Shown one piece after another: positions 9,411 through 19,631 of a stretch of 64,000 nt of DNA. A model generated the notes under the pieces. That model was not told where the DNA came from. It searched no databases and was given only the letters and a program-made list of their open reading frames with translations. How positions within the stretch are numbered: the stretch's first letter is position 1; every line of letters starts with the position of its first letter. Origin of the DNA: an uncultured delta proteobacterium (GTDB lineage Bacteria; Desulfobacterota; Desulfuromonadia; Desulfuromonadales; JACZKF01); contig CAWFKQ010000009.1 of the NCBI GenBank assembly GCA_963816395.1, positions 288,001-352,000 of the forward strand, in the 5' to 3' direction. Both the position numbers and the translations under genes were made by a program.

Positions 9411-10616
9411 CTATTTTTTCTCCTTCTCGCGCAGCCTGGCCTTGAGCAGGTCGCCCAAGGTACCCATCGGTTTCGCCTCCTCCTTCAGGTATTTGCGGTA
9501 ATCCTCGCTCGCCGCTTCCTTCGGCTCCGCTTGGCCCGCTCCCACGGGGGCGAGGGAGATGCGGCGGTTTTCCCGATCGAGACTCTCCACCTGCACTTCC
9601 AGGTTCTGCCCCTCGCTCACCGCCTCGCGCGGGTGCTTGATTCTTTTGCCGCCGCCGAGCTTGGAAATATGCACCAGGCCGTCGATTCCGGCCTCCAGTT
9701 CGACGAAGGCGCCAAAAGGCGCCAGGCGCACGATGCGGCCGCTATGCACCGAGCCTTCCGGATATTTCTGCGGCACCTGCAGCCAGGGGTCGGCCATGGT
9801 TTCCCGCAGACTGAAGGAGAAGCGGTTATGCTCCCAGTCCACCGACTTGACGGCGACTTCCACTTCCTGACCGGGGGAGAGGACCTGGTGAACATCCTCC
9901 ACCCGCCCCCAGCCGAGTTCTGACATCGGGATCAGCCCCTCGACCCCGCCGATATCGACGAAAGCGCCGAAATTCTGCAGAGAAGTGACCGTTCCATGCA
10001 CCGTAATCCCCTCGCGCAGGGTCTCCCTGAGAGCCTCGCGCTGCTTCTGCCGCTCTTCCTCGATGATCGCCCGGTGCGATAGGACGATGTTGCGCCCCCG
10101 CTCGTCATATTGGGTGATGCGGAAGGGCAGGTGGCGGCCGACGAACTGCTCCGGGCTGTCGGTGCGCCGCAGACCGGACTGGGAATAGGGACAGAAGCCG
10201 CGCTGAGTGCCGGCAATGCGCACCTCGTAGCCGCCCTTGATCTCCTTCTCCACCGTTCCCTCCACCGGGATGCCGCTGCGCCAGGCCTCCTCCAGTCGCG
10301 CCTGACCCGCGCCGCCGCCGGAAATCCGGGTGGTGAAGCGCAACTCACCGCCGCTGGCGCCCAGGAAATAGGCGGTGATCCGATCGCCCTCGCCGACGGT
10401 CAGGTTGCCTTGATCGTCGAGCAGTTCCCGGCGGTCCACCACCCCCTCTCCTTTCTGGCCGATGTCGAGGAACACCCAGTCGGCGGTGATCTTCAGGATG
10501 GTTGCCTCGATCTTCTGTCCCGCCTGCAAGCGACTGGAACCGACCAGGCTTTGTTCCAGCAGCTGGGCAAAATTCTCTTCCGGGATCTCGTTGGTTTCCT
10601 TCTCGTCCGTGTCCAT
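9411..10616 (-). CDS. rpsA: Ribosomal protein S1-like protein (about 4 S1 domains, ~401 aa)
   Basis: ENFAQLLEQS start, repeated FGAFV...G.EGL/DGLVHIS S1 motifs, C-terminal GTLGDLLKA. Confidence 0.8.
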   Translation of the reverse strand: MDTDEKETNEIPEENFAQLLEQSLVGSSRLQAGQKIEATILKITADWVFLDIGQKGEGVVDRRELLDDQGNLTVGEGDRITAYFLGASGGELRFTTRISGGGAGQARLEEAWRSGIPVEGTVEKEIKGGYEVRIAGTQRGFCPYSQSGLRRTDSPEQFVGRHLPFRITQYDERGRNIVLSHRAIIEEERQKQREALRETLREGITVHGTVTSLQNFGAFVDIGGVEGLIPMSELGWGRVEDVHQVLSPGQEVEVAVKSVDWEHNRFSFSLRETMADPWLQVPQKYPEGSVHSGRIVRLAPFGAFVELEAGIDGLVHISKLGGGKRIKHPREAVSEGQNLEVQVESLDRENRRISLAPVGAGQAEPKEAASEDYRKYLKEEAKPMGTLGDLLKARLREKEKK

Positions 10617-10844
10617 GCTTCTGCCTTTTCGGGGAAATGACGCTGGCCGGCGACCGGCCGCTGAGGGCAATTTTCCCACGGGACCGGGGCAGAGTAAAGG
10701 GATAAAGAAATGAATAAGCGGCCGGGTCGGTTTTCCCCCGGCGCGGCCCATGTTAAAATGAAAGAAATCGGGGTCTCGCCCATATTCCGGCGGGGCGCCG
10801 GGAAGTTGGATCTACCGCCTGCGGGCGGGGAAAGGAGACCGGGA

Positions 10845-11039
10845 ATGGAGCGCTCAGAATTTACCGCCTTGTGCAAAGGTGTCGAAACCGGCTCCGCACG
10901 CTTCGTGGAAAACAGGCTGCTGCACACCGTCGGGAAGGTAATCGCCTGCGAGGGCAACCGATTCGAAGTGGAAGTGGAGAATCGCCACGAACAATGGCCA
11001 AGCGAAAACTGCCGGGAGAAGTGGGAAATCTCTTCCTGA
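10845..11039 (+). CDS. Small hypothetical protein (64 aa), paralog of 31091..31279
   Basis: SD AAGGAG; clear similarity to the second copy; followed by a terminator. Confidence 0.75.
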   Translation: MERSEFTALCKGVETGSARFVENRLLHTVGKVIACEGNRFEVEVENRHEQWPSENCREKWEISS

Positions 11040-11051
11040 CCGGCGGATTCG

Positions 11052-11080
11052 GGCCGGGCCCGAGAGCGGGCCCGGCCTTT
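11052..11080 (+). terminator. Probable intrinsic terminator
   Basis: GGCCGGGCCCG-agag-CGGGCCCGGCC then TTT. Confidence 0.65.
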
Positions 11081-11127
11081 ACATTAGTTGAACGATTCGA
11101 TTCCGCGTAGGGGCGCTGCTTGCCCCG

Positions 11128-12108
11128 CTAGATTCGCCGCACCAGTAATTCCCGCTCCAGTCGCAATAATCCCATGAACGGCTCAATCTCCCGCAGGAAA
11201 CGCCTGCCGTCGCGATGGTAACCGCAGGTGGGACGCACTTGTGGGGCATGCTGCCGCCAGAAGTGCTGAAAGCGCAGCATAAGCAGTTCCCGGAGGTATT
11301 TGGCGGTGATCGAGGCCAGCGCCGCCGGCAGGTGAGCGCCTTCGCTCTCCACCTGGACGATGACCCGCATCGACCGTTCCCCTGCCGAGATCTCATATTC
11401 GCTGATGGCCGGTGATTCCCGCTGGATGCAGATCCGGGCCTGGGGGAAAAGGTTGGCGAGCAGGTCCAGGTAATAGATCCGTCCCCCTTGCCGGTCGACG
11501 ATCACCTGCGGCTGCTGCCGTCCGTAACGGTGCCAGATCGCCTCCAGGTGTCCGGCGAAGAAGGTCCAGGCCGCCAGGGATTTATTGCCGCAGGTGGTGA
11601 GCAGGCGATTGAAGCGATCCTCGAATGCCACGGCCGCGCTCACCTCCGCCAGGCGCACGCCGCTGCGGGCGGCGGCACGACCGAGGCGGCGGCAGGCGAG
11701 GCGCAACTGGCCGGGAGTGAGGTGAAGCGGAAGCAGCGGTCCAGCGCCTTCCGCACCGGCATAGCAGGGATGCTCGAGGCGGCGGGAAAGCTCATCGAAC
11801 GCCAGTCCCTCCAGCAGCTGCGGCAGGGCGCCCGGGCGCAGCTGCAGCTGATCGAGGAAAGGGAGTACGGCGCGCTCCAGGCCAGCCAGGCCGGCAGCGG
11901 AGGAATAGAGGAGCTTGGAGTCGTTGACGGCGATTCGCCCCCGGCTGTCGCCGGGCCGGCGGCAGACCGCCGATTGCAGCACCCGCCAAAGCGAAGGCAG
12001 GGGGAGCAGGGGGGTTCCCTCTTCCAGGATGAAGACGCAGCGGGCGACGACCAGGGGGCCGAAGATGGGCCCGAGGCCCGCTTCGTCAATGCCGGCATAG
12101 ATGAGCAT
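11128..12108 (-). CDS. RNase HII-like protein, atypically long
   Basis: N-terminal GIDEAG.GP..GPLVV, DSK, VD, ALASI.AK..R and C-terminal GY..D. Confidence 0.7.
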   Translation of the reverse strand: MLIYAGIDEAGLGPIFGPLVVARCVFILEEGTPLLPLPSLWRVLQSAVCRRPGDSRGRIAVNDSKLLYSSAAGLAGLERAVLPFLDQLQLRPGALPQLLEGLAFDELSRRLEHPCYAGAEGAGPLLPLHLTPGQLRLACRRLGRAAARSGVRLAEVSAAVAFEDRFNRLLTTCGNKSLAAWTFFAGHLEAIWHRYGRQQPQVIVDRQGGRIYYLDLLANLFPQARICIQRESPAISEYEISAGERSMRVIVQVESEGAHLPAALASITAKYLRELLMLRFQHFWRQHAPQVRPTCGYHRDGRRFLREIEPFMGLLRLERELLVRRI

Positions 12109-12221
12109 GCTTCCCTCGCGGCTTTTTCACTTCATTGTGGAAGAACGGCGGGGCTGCGGTCAAGGCGCGGCAGAAAAGGATCTGGGTCCGGCAGGGTTTT
12201 GGCGGCCCAGCCGGGCACGGA

Positions 12222-12311
12222 TCAGGCGTGGCGGGCGAGGGCAATGATCATGATGCAGCCGGCATAGCTGAGACAGACGATGCCGACCAGAAGATTGATG
12301 AATTTCGCCAT
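12222..12311 (-). CDS. 29-aa hydrophobic small protein MAKFINLLVGIVCLSYAGCIMIIALARHA
   Basis: Translated by hand (below ORF track cutoff); SD GAGGAGG 5 nt before ATG; single TM-like segment; sigma-54 promoter upstream. Confidence 0.7.
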   Translation of the reverse strand: MAKFINLLVGIVCLSYAGCIMIIALARHA

Positions 12312-12364
12312 GAGAGCCTCCTCTGGGAACTTTTTGCTATAGATCAACTGGTTGCCCTGTCGAT

Positions 12365-12380
12365 CGCAAGATCAGTGCCA
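12365..12380 (-). promoter_or_regulatory. Sigma-54 (-24/-12) promoter
   Basis: Minus strand reads TGGCAC-TGATC-TTGC, matching TGGCAC-N5-TTGC with GG-N10-GC spacing. Confidence 0.75.
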
Positions 12381-12529
12381 GGAAGAGGCTCGAGGGCTAA
12401 GGGGTGGAAAAGAGGAGCGGGCAGCTCGGAAACCGTCCTCTGGAAGGGAGAAAAACATCGGTGAATCGACAGGTTGTGGCAAATATTGACAGCCGGCGGG
12501 GCAAAAAGACCACACGTATCTCTGCTGGC

Positions 12530-12847
12530 TCACTCCTTTGCCTTGCCACATCGCCAGCAGGCGCCGAACTGACCTTCCAGCCGCTCACCGCAGCGGGCGC
12601 AGGACCAGGGTTCGGCCTGCTCGTCGGTGGCCCTGAACCAGCCGTCCAGGAGAATCCTGGCCCGCGGATAGACCTCATCATCGACCACCCACAGCTCGGG
12701 GTAGCATTCGATGAAAGGGATTTCCCCCAGGGCCGCTGCCAGCTGGCCGTTGCGCACCAGGCAAGCCACCCCCTCCTGCTCCAGGAGCTCTCTGAGCAAC
12801 TCGGCCTGGGGGCGGGCCCAGGGATTGAAGGTGTGCAGTTTTTTCAT
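12530..12847 (-). CDS. DUF2007-like protein with C-terminal zinc finger
   Basis: AELLRELLEQEGV.C.VRN, GEIPFIECYPELWV, W.C..CGE......ACWRCG. Confidence 0.8.
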   Translation of the reverse strand: MKKLHTFNPWARPQAELLRELLEQEGVACLVRNGQLAAALGEIPFIECYPELWVVDDEVYPRARILLDGWFRATDEQAEPWSCARCGERLEGQFGACWRCGKAKE

Positions 12848-12915
12848 AAGAGCAGGCTTTTTAAACCTCGGCTGAATGCCTCTTTATTATAGCCTTTTCC
12901 TCGCCATTTACCTGT

Positions 12916-14037
12916 TTACCCGCCGAGCACGCGGACGATCTCCTCCCCCAGGACCTGCCGCTGCCAGTTTTTCATTCCCGGTATTTCCGCCAGCAGCGCC
13001 GCCTGCCGCGGGGCTCGGCGCGCAATATCCTCCAGGGTGGCATTGTTGATAACGATTCCGGGATCGATCTCCAGTTCGGCGGCCTTGTCCCGGCGCCACT
13101 CCTTGAGAGTGGTCAGGCGCTTGTCGGCCTCCGGATCCCGCAGCCGGCGCTCGCCGCGGGGGAAGAGCGGAAGGTCCCGATCGGGCAGGGCCAGGGCGGT
13201 ATCGAGACAGGTCAACAGATCGCGGCCGTAGCGGTCGGCCAGACGGGGGGAAATCCCCTCGATGCCGACCAGCCCCTGGAGGGTGCGCGGCTGGGTGCGG
13301 GTCAGTTCCATGAGCGGTCTGCTCCCCATGACCTTGAACGGCGGAAAGTCGCGTCGCCGGGCCTCCCGGTCGCGCCACTGCAGCAGTTCCTCCAGAACCG
13401 CGAGTTGCCGGCGGTCGAGAGCGGCCGCCCCCTTGAAGCGCAGAAAGAGCGGTCCCTCCTGCCCCTGGAATCGAGCCCCTTCAAGCAGGGCGAACTCCTC
13501 GGCCACCCAGGCCAGCCGCTCCTTCTCCGCCAGCCTCTTCTCCAGCAGCTCCGCCAGACGATGCAGGTGCCGGGTGTCCTCGGCGGCATAGCGGATCATC
13601 CCCTCAGTGAGGGGGCGAAGCGCCCAGTCCGCCCGCTGGTACTGCTTGTCCAGCTCTACTCCGAAATACTTGTTCAGCATATCCGCCAGCCCGATTTTCT
13701 CCTCGCCGAGGAACTGGGAGCTGATCATGGTGTCGAACAGGCCGCGGATTTCGATGCCGAAATCCCGGTTCAGGCAGCGGATGTCGTAATCGGCGGCGTG
13801 AAAGATCTTGCGGATGGCGGCATCGGCCAGCACCGGCTGCAAGGCAGCGAGATCGGGACCGGCCAGGGGATCGACGAGCCAGGTGCGCTCCGGGGTGGAG
13901 AACTGCAGCAGGCAGACCTTCTCCTTGTAGCAGTGCATGGAGTCGGCCTCGAGGTCGACGGCAATGGCCGTCTGCCGGCCGAGTTCGGCCGCCAGCTGCT
14001 CGATTTCGCGGGTGGTAGTAAGGATGGGTACGGGCAT
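12916..14037 (-). CDS. rnd: Ribonuclease D
   Basis: DEDDy exonuclease motifs (VDLEAD, FHAADYD, FDT, ADW..RPL, YAAED) plus two HRDC-like domains. Confidence 0.92.
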   Translation of the reverse strand: MPVPILTTTREIEQLAAELGRQTAIAVDLEADSMHCYKEKVCLLQFSTPERTWLVDPLAGPDLAALQPVLADAAIRKIFHAADYDIRCLNRDFGIEIRGLFDTMISSQFLGEEKIGLADMLNKYFGVELDKQYQRADWALRPLTEGMIRYAAEDTRHLHRLAELLEKRLAEKERLAWVAEEFALLEGARFQGQEGPLFLRFKGAAALDRRQLAVLEELLQWRDREARRRDFPPFKVMGSRPLMELTRTQPRTLQGLVGIEGISPRLADRYGRDLLTCLDTALALPDRDLPLFPRGERRLRDPEADKRLTTLKEWRRDKAAELEIDPGIVINNATLEDIARRAPRQAALLAEIPGMKNWQRQVLGEEIVRVLGG

Positions 14038-14076
14038 TTCAACTCCGATTGATAAACAGGCATCAGGTAAAGGGTC

Positions 14077-15213
14077 TCAGGTATCAGGTTCCCTAGGTCT
14101 TCTGCTGGATTCCGTCAACAGCGGCAGAGCCTTCTTGTGTGCCCCGTGCAGGGGCCAGTCGGCGAGTTCCGCGGGCGTGAGCCAGCGGCTCTCTTCCCCT
14201 TCCGCCACCTGCAGAGAGCGGCCGGCGGCGGCGCGGAAAAGGTGCAGATCGAGACGGAAGTGACTATAGGCATGGGTGACACCGCCGGCCGCTTCGGCCG
14301 GGCCGGCAGCGCCGAATTCGCCGAGCTGGGCGGCGGCCGCTTCGGCCGGCGTTTCGCCGACGGGAACCTCGCCGCCGGGGAATTCCCACAGGCCGCCGAG
14401 CATCCCGCAAAGGGGGCGCCGGCGCACCAGGAAACGGCCGTCGCGAGTCAGCAGCAGGGCCACCCGGGTGACCGTCGGCACCGCCTTTTTTTCTCTTTTC
14501 TGCGGCAGATCGTTCTGCCGGCCAAGGGCCCGGGCGCGGCAGAGCGCCTCCAGGGGGCAGCGTTCGCAGGCGGGGCGGCGAGGGGTGCAGACGGTTGCCC
14601 CCAGGTCCATGATCGCCTGCGTGTAATCGTGCGGCCGGTCAGCCGGGGTGAGCGCCTCGGCCCAGCCCCACAGCTGCCTTTCGGCGGCCGGTCGGCGGGG
14701 ATTCTCCTCCAGGGCAAACAGGCGCGCGAGGACCCGGCGTACATTGCCGTCGAGAATCGGCGCCGGGCGGTCGAAGGCGATGGCGAGGATCGCCCCGGCG
14801 GTGCTCCGGCCGATGCCGGGCAGTTCGGTGAGCGCCTGCAGATCGGCGGGAAAAGCGCCGCCGTGCCGCTCCACCACCCGCCGGGCCGCCGCGTGCAGGT
14901 TCTGCGCCCGGGAATAGTAGCCGAGCCCGGCCCACAGGGCGATCACCTCTTCCACCGGCGCTGCCGCCAGGGCGGCCACCTCCGGGAAGCGGGCGAGGAA
15001 CCGGTCATAATAGGGGATCACCGCCGCCACCCCGGTCTGCTGCAGCATGATCTCCGAGAGCCAGATGCGGTAGGGGTCGCGCGTGCGCCGCCAGGGCAGG
15101 TCGCGTCCCGCCCGGCCGTACCAGGCCAGCAGGCGGGCGGAGATTTCGCCGGGATCGAAGGGAATGGGGTTGTTCAAGCCAGTTTCTCCGGGCATGAATG
15201 TCCAGGCTGCCAT
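14077..15213 (-). CDS. mutY: A/G-specific adenine glycosylase
   Basis: WLSEIMLQQT, WAGLGYYSRA, LPGIGRSTA, LDGNVRRV, C-X6-C-X2-C-X5-C FeS motif, NUDIX-like GLWEFPG. Confidence 0.95.
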   Translation of the reverse strand: MAAWTFMPGETGLNNPIPFDPGEISARLLAWYGRAGRDLPWRRTRDPYRIWLSEIMLQQTGVAAVIPYYDRFLARFPEVAALAAAPVEEVIALWAGLGYYSRAQNLHAAARRVVERHGGAFPADLQALTELPGIGRSTAGAILAIAFDRPAPILDGNVRRVLARLFALEENPRRPAAERQLWGWAEALTPADRPHDYTQAIMDLGATVCTPRRPACERCPLEALCRARALGRQNDLPQKREKKAVPTVTRVALLLTRDGRFLVRRRPLCGMLGGLWEFPGGEVPVGETPAEAAAAQLGEFGAAGPAEAAGGVTHAYSHFRLDLHLFRAAAGRSLQVAEGEESRWLTPAELADWPLHGAHKKALPLLTESSRRPREPDT

Positions 15214-15473
15214 GCCCGGAATCCTGAGGAAGATGGCGTATCCGGAAGATATCCGTTGAGCGGCAAAGGGGGCAACGCTGCAGGGGTTTGCCAGCAGGGC
15301 TGTTCCAGGGATGACATCCTAGCCGATTGCGGCGTCTACCGCAAGCGACTCGGCGGCGGCAAGGGTGTGCGTATCGGCTGCCGGAGCGGAAATCCCGACT
15401 TGCGCCTTGAAGTTGTTCATGAATGCGGCTATGTTTTTGGACAGTCGATAATTCTCACCGGCAAGGAGAACCC

Positions 15474-17130
<1,657 letters not shown>

Positions 17131-17133
17131 ACC

Positions 17134-17395
17134 GCGGGGCTGCGCCCCTGCACCCGGCTTAGGTCGCGGGCGCTGCGCCCCGCACCCCGCGTTCCTTTCT
17201 TTTTAACGCCGAAAAGAAAGGAACCGAAAGAAAGCGACGCCCCTGCCGGGGAGGACTCCTGTCGCGAGAGACTAGGCCTCATGCCGCAGTCGGCGCTGGG
17301 AACGCGTGCCGTGCTGCGTGGCGAGGAAATTAAAATCCTTCTGTATTTACGGGAGCTTCCAATTGCGATTTGTAGGGGCGCAGCGTGCTGCGCCC
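17134..17395. repeat. REP-like composite between convergent pgi and hisC
   Basis: Two GCGGG(C)GCTGCGCCCC(T)GCACCC units, 13-bp hairpin GTTCCTTTCTTTT..AAAAGAAAGGAAC (17191-17224), and GTAGGGGCGCAGCGTGCTGCGCCC (17372-17395). Confidence 0.65.
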
Positions 17396-17431
17396 TTTTG
17401 TTTGAGGCGGCTGCTGCCCCCGCACTCTGCC

Positions 17432-18475
17432 TCAGCCGATCTCGGCCAGCGCCGCCAGCGTCTTCTCCATCTCCTGCCGGGTGCCGATGGTAATGCGCAT
17501 TCCGTGGGCGAGGAGGGGGTCGGAGAAGTGGCGCACCAGGATCTTGCGTGCGTAGAGAGCCTCATACACGCGCCGGCCGTTGCCGTCCGCCGGGGAGGCG
17601 AAAACGAAGTTGGTCTGCGAGTCGATGACCCGGTAGCCGAGCCGCCGCAGTTCGGCGGTGAACCAGGCGCGGGTGGCGCGGATGCGGCCGACGGTCTCGG
17701 CGAGGTGGTCCTGGTCGCGCAGGGCGGCGCTCGCCGCCGCCAGGGCCAGGCGGTCGAGATGGTAATGGTCGCGGATCTTGTCCAGGGCGGCGATCACTTG
17801 CGGCCGGGCGATCGCCAGCCCCAGGCGCATCCCCGCCAGGGAATAGCTCTTGGAAAAGGTGCGGGTGACGATGACGTTGTCATATTTGCGGACCAGCTCC
17901 AGGGCGTTGTCTCCGGCGAAGTCGACGTAGGCCTCGTCGACCACCAGCGCCCCGGCGCAGCGGGTCGCCATCTCCTCGATATAGGCGAGGGGGAAGGCGA
18001 AGCCCAGCGGCGCGTTGGGGCTGGTGAGAAAGAAGATCTTCCCTTCGTAGCGCGCCGGAAAATCTTTGATGCGGAAATCCTCCGTCAGCCCGAAGGTGCG
18101 GATCTTCGCCCCCTGGATCTCGGCCAGAGTCGCATAGTAGGAGTAGGAGGGATGCACATAGCCGACCTCTTCCCCTTCCCCGGCGAAGGCGCGGATCAGG
18201 TTGTTGAGCAGCTCGTCGGAGCCGTTGGCGCTGATCACCCAGGAAGGGTCGAAGCCGTAGAGCTCGCCAGCGACCTGCCGCATCTCCCGGCTCGCGGCGT
18301 CCGGATACTTGCGCAGGTTTCCCCCATCGGCACCCACTTCGGCGAGAATCGCCTCGCGCACCTTCGGCGAGGGGGGATAGGGGTTTTCGTTGGTGTTCAG
18401 CTTGATCCAGGCCGCCTCGTCGGCAGGCTGGAAGCCGGGGACGTAGCCGGCCATCTCGGCGATGTTGCGGCGCAT
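17432..18475 (-). CDS. hisC: Histidinol-phosphate aminotransferase
   Basis: [40 protein letters not shown]. Confidence 0.95.
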   Translation of the reverse strand: MRRNIAEMAGYVPGFQPADEAAWIKLNTNENPYPPSPKVREAILAEVGADGGNLRKYPDAASREMRQVAGELYGFDPSWVISANGSDELLNNLIRAFAGEGEEVGYVHPSYSYYATLAEIQGAKIRTFGLTEDFRIKDFPARYEGKIFFLTSPNAPLGFAFPLAYIEEMATRCAGALVVDEAYVDFAGDNALELVRKYDNVIVTRTFSKSYSLAGMRLGLAIARPQVIAALDKIRDHYHLDRLALAAASAALRDQDHLAETVGRIRATRAWFTAELRRLGYRVIDSQTNFVFASPADGNGRRVYEALYARKILVRHFSDPLLAHGMRITIGTRQEMEKTLAALAEIG

Positions 18476-18486
18476 AAAAACTCCAG

Positions 18487-18558
18487 GTGAAGTAGCGAGG
18501 TCGTGAGGTACTGAGATAGCAATGGCTTTTCTACCTCACTATCTCACGTACCTCACTG
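18487..18558. repeat. Degenerate octamer tandems in inverted orientation
   Basis: GTGAAGTA GCGAGGTC GTGAGGTA CTGAGATA ... CTACCTCA CTATCTCA CGTACCTCAC. Confidence 0.65.
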
Positions 18559-18561
18559 ATT

Positions 18562-19631
18562 TCAATAGGTTTCCAAAATCTCGTACATCGTCGTCCGCCG
18601 GGCGGGGGTGAACCCCGCGCCGCGGGCGAGCTCGATGATCTCCTCGATGGACAGGCGGAAGGAGCAGCCGGCCGCGGCGACGACGTTCTCCTCGAGCATG
18701 GTGCCGCCGAGGTCGTTGGCGCCGAAGAAGAGGGCGACCTGCGCCATCATCGCCCCCTGGGTCACCCAGCTCGCCTGGATGTTCTCCACGTTGTCGAGGA
18801 CCAGGCGGGCGAGGGCGAGCACCTTGAGGTACTCGACGCCGGTGGCCGTCTCCCCGCCCAGCTCGGTATTGGCCGGCTGGAAGGTCCAGGGGATGAAGGC
18901 GGTGAAGCCGCCGGTGCGCGCCTGGATCTCGCGCACCCGGAAGAGGTGCTCGACGATATCCTCCGGTCTCTCCCTCGAGCCGAACATCATCGTCGCCGTG
19001 GTGCGCATCCCCAGCCGGTGCGCCTCCTCCATGACCGCCGCCCACTCGCGCCAGCCGATCTTGTTCGGCGAGATCTCCTTGCGCACCGCATCCACCAGCA
19101 CCTCGGCGCCGCCGCCGGGCACCGAATCGAGCCCCGCCGCCTGCAGCCGGCGCAGGCACTCGGGCATGGCGAGGCTCCGAGAGCCTGGCGATGTGGATGA
19201 CCTCGGCCGGCGAGAGGGAGTGGACCTGCACCGCCGGGAAGCGCCGCTTGAGCTCGCGGAAGAGCGCCTCGAACCAGTCGATGCTGCAGGTCCGGGTGCA
19301 GCCCCCCCTGCATCAGCAGCTGGGTGCCGCCGCGCTCCACCAGCTCCTCCACCTTGCGGAAGATCGTCTCGTAGGGCAGCACGTAGGCGTCACTCGCCTC
19401 CGCCGTGCGGTAGAAAGCGCAGAACTTACATTGCGACTGGCAGATGTTGGTGTAGTTGACGTTGCGGTCGATGACGAAGGTCGCCCGGTTGTGCGGGTGC
19501 TTTCGCCGGCGGACGGCGTCGGCCAGCTTGCCCACGGCCAGCAGGTCGGCCTCGGTCAGCAGGAAGAGGGCCTGTTCGCGGTCGATGACCTGCCCAGCCT
19601 CGATATTATTGTGAATTTCCGAAAGCATCAT
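18562..19631 (-). CDS. mqnC: Cyclic dehypoxanthine futalosine synthase, radical SAM (frameshifts near 19288 and 19180)
   Basis: DRNVNYTNICQSQCKFCAF, LMQGGLHP, PGGGAE, TATMMFG, FIPWTFQP, NIQASWVTQG, GGTMLEENVV. Confidence 0.9.
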
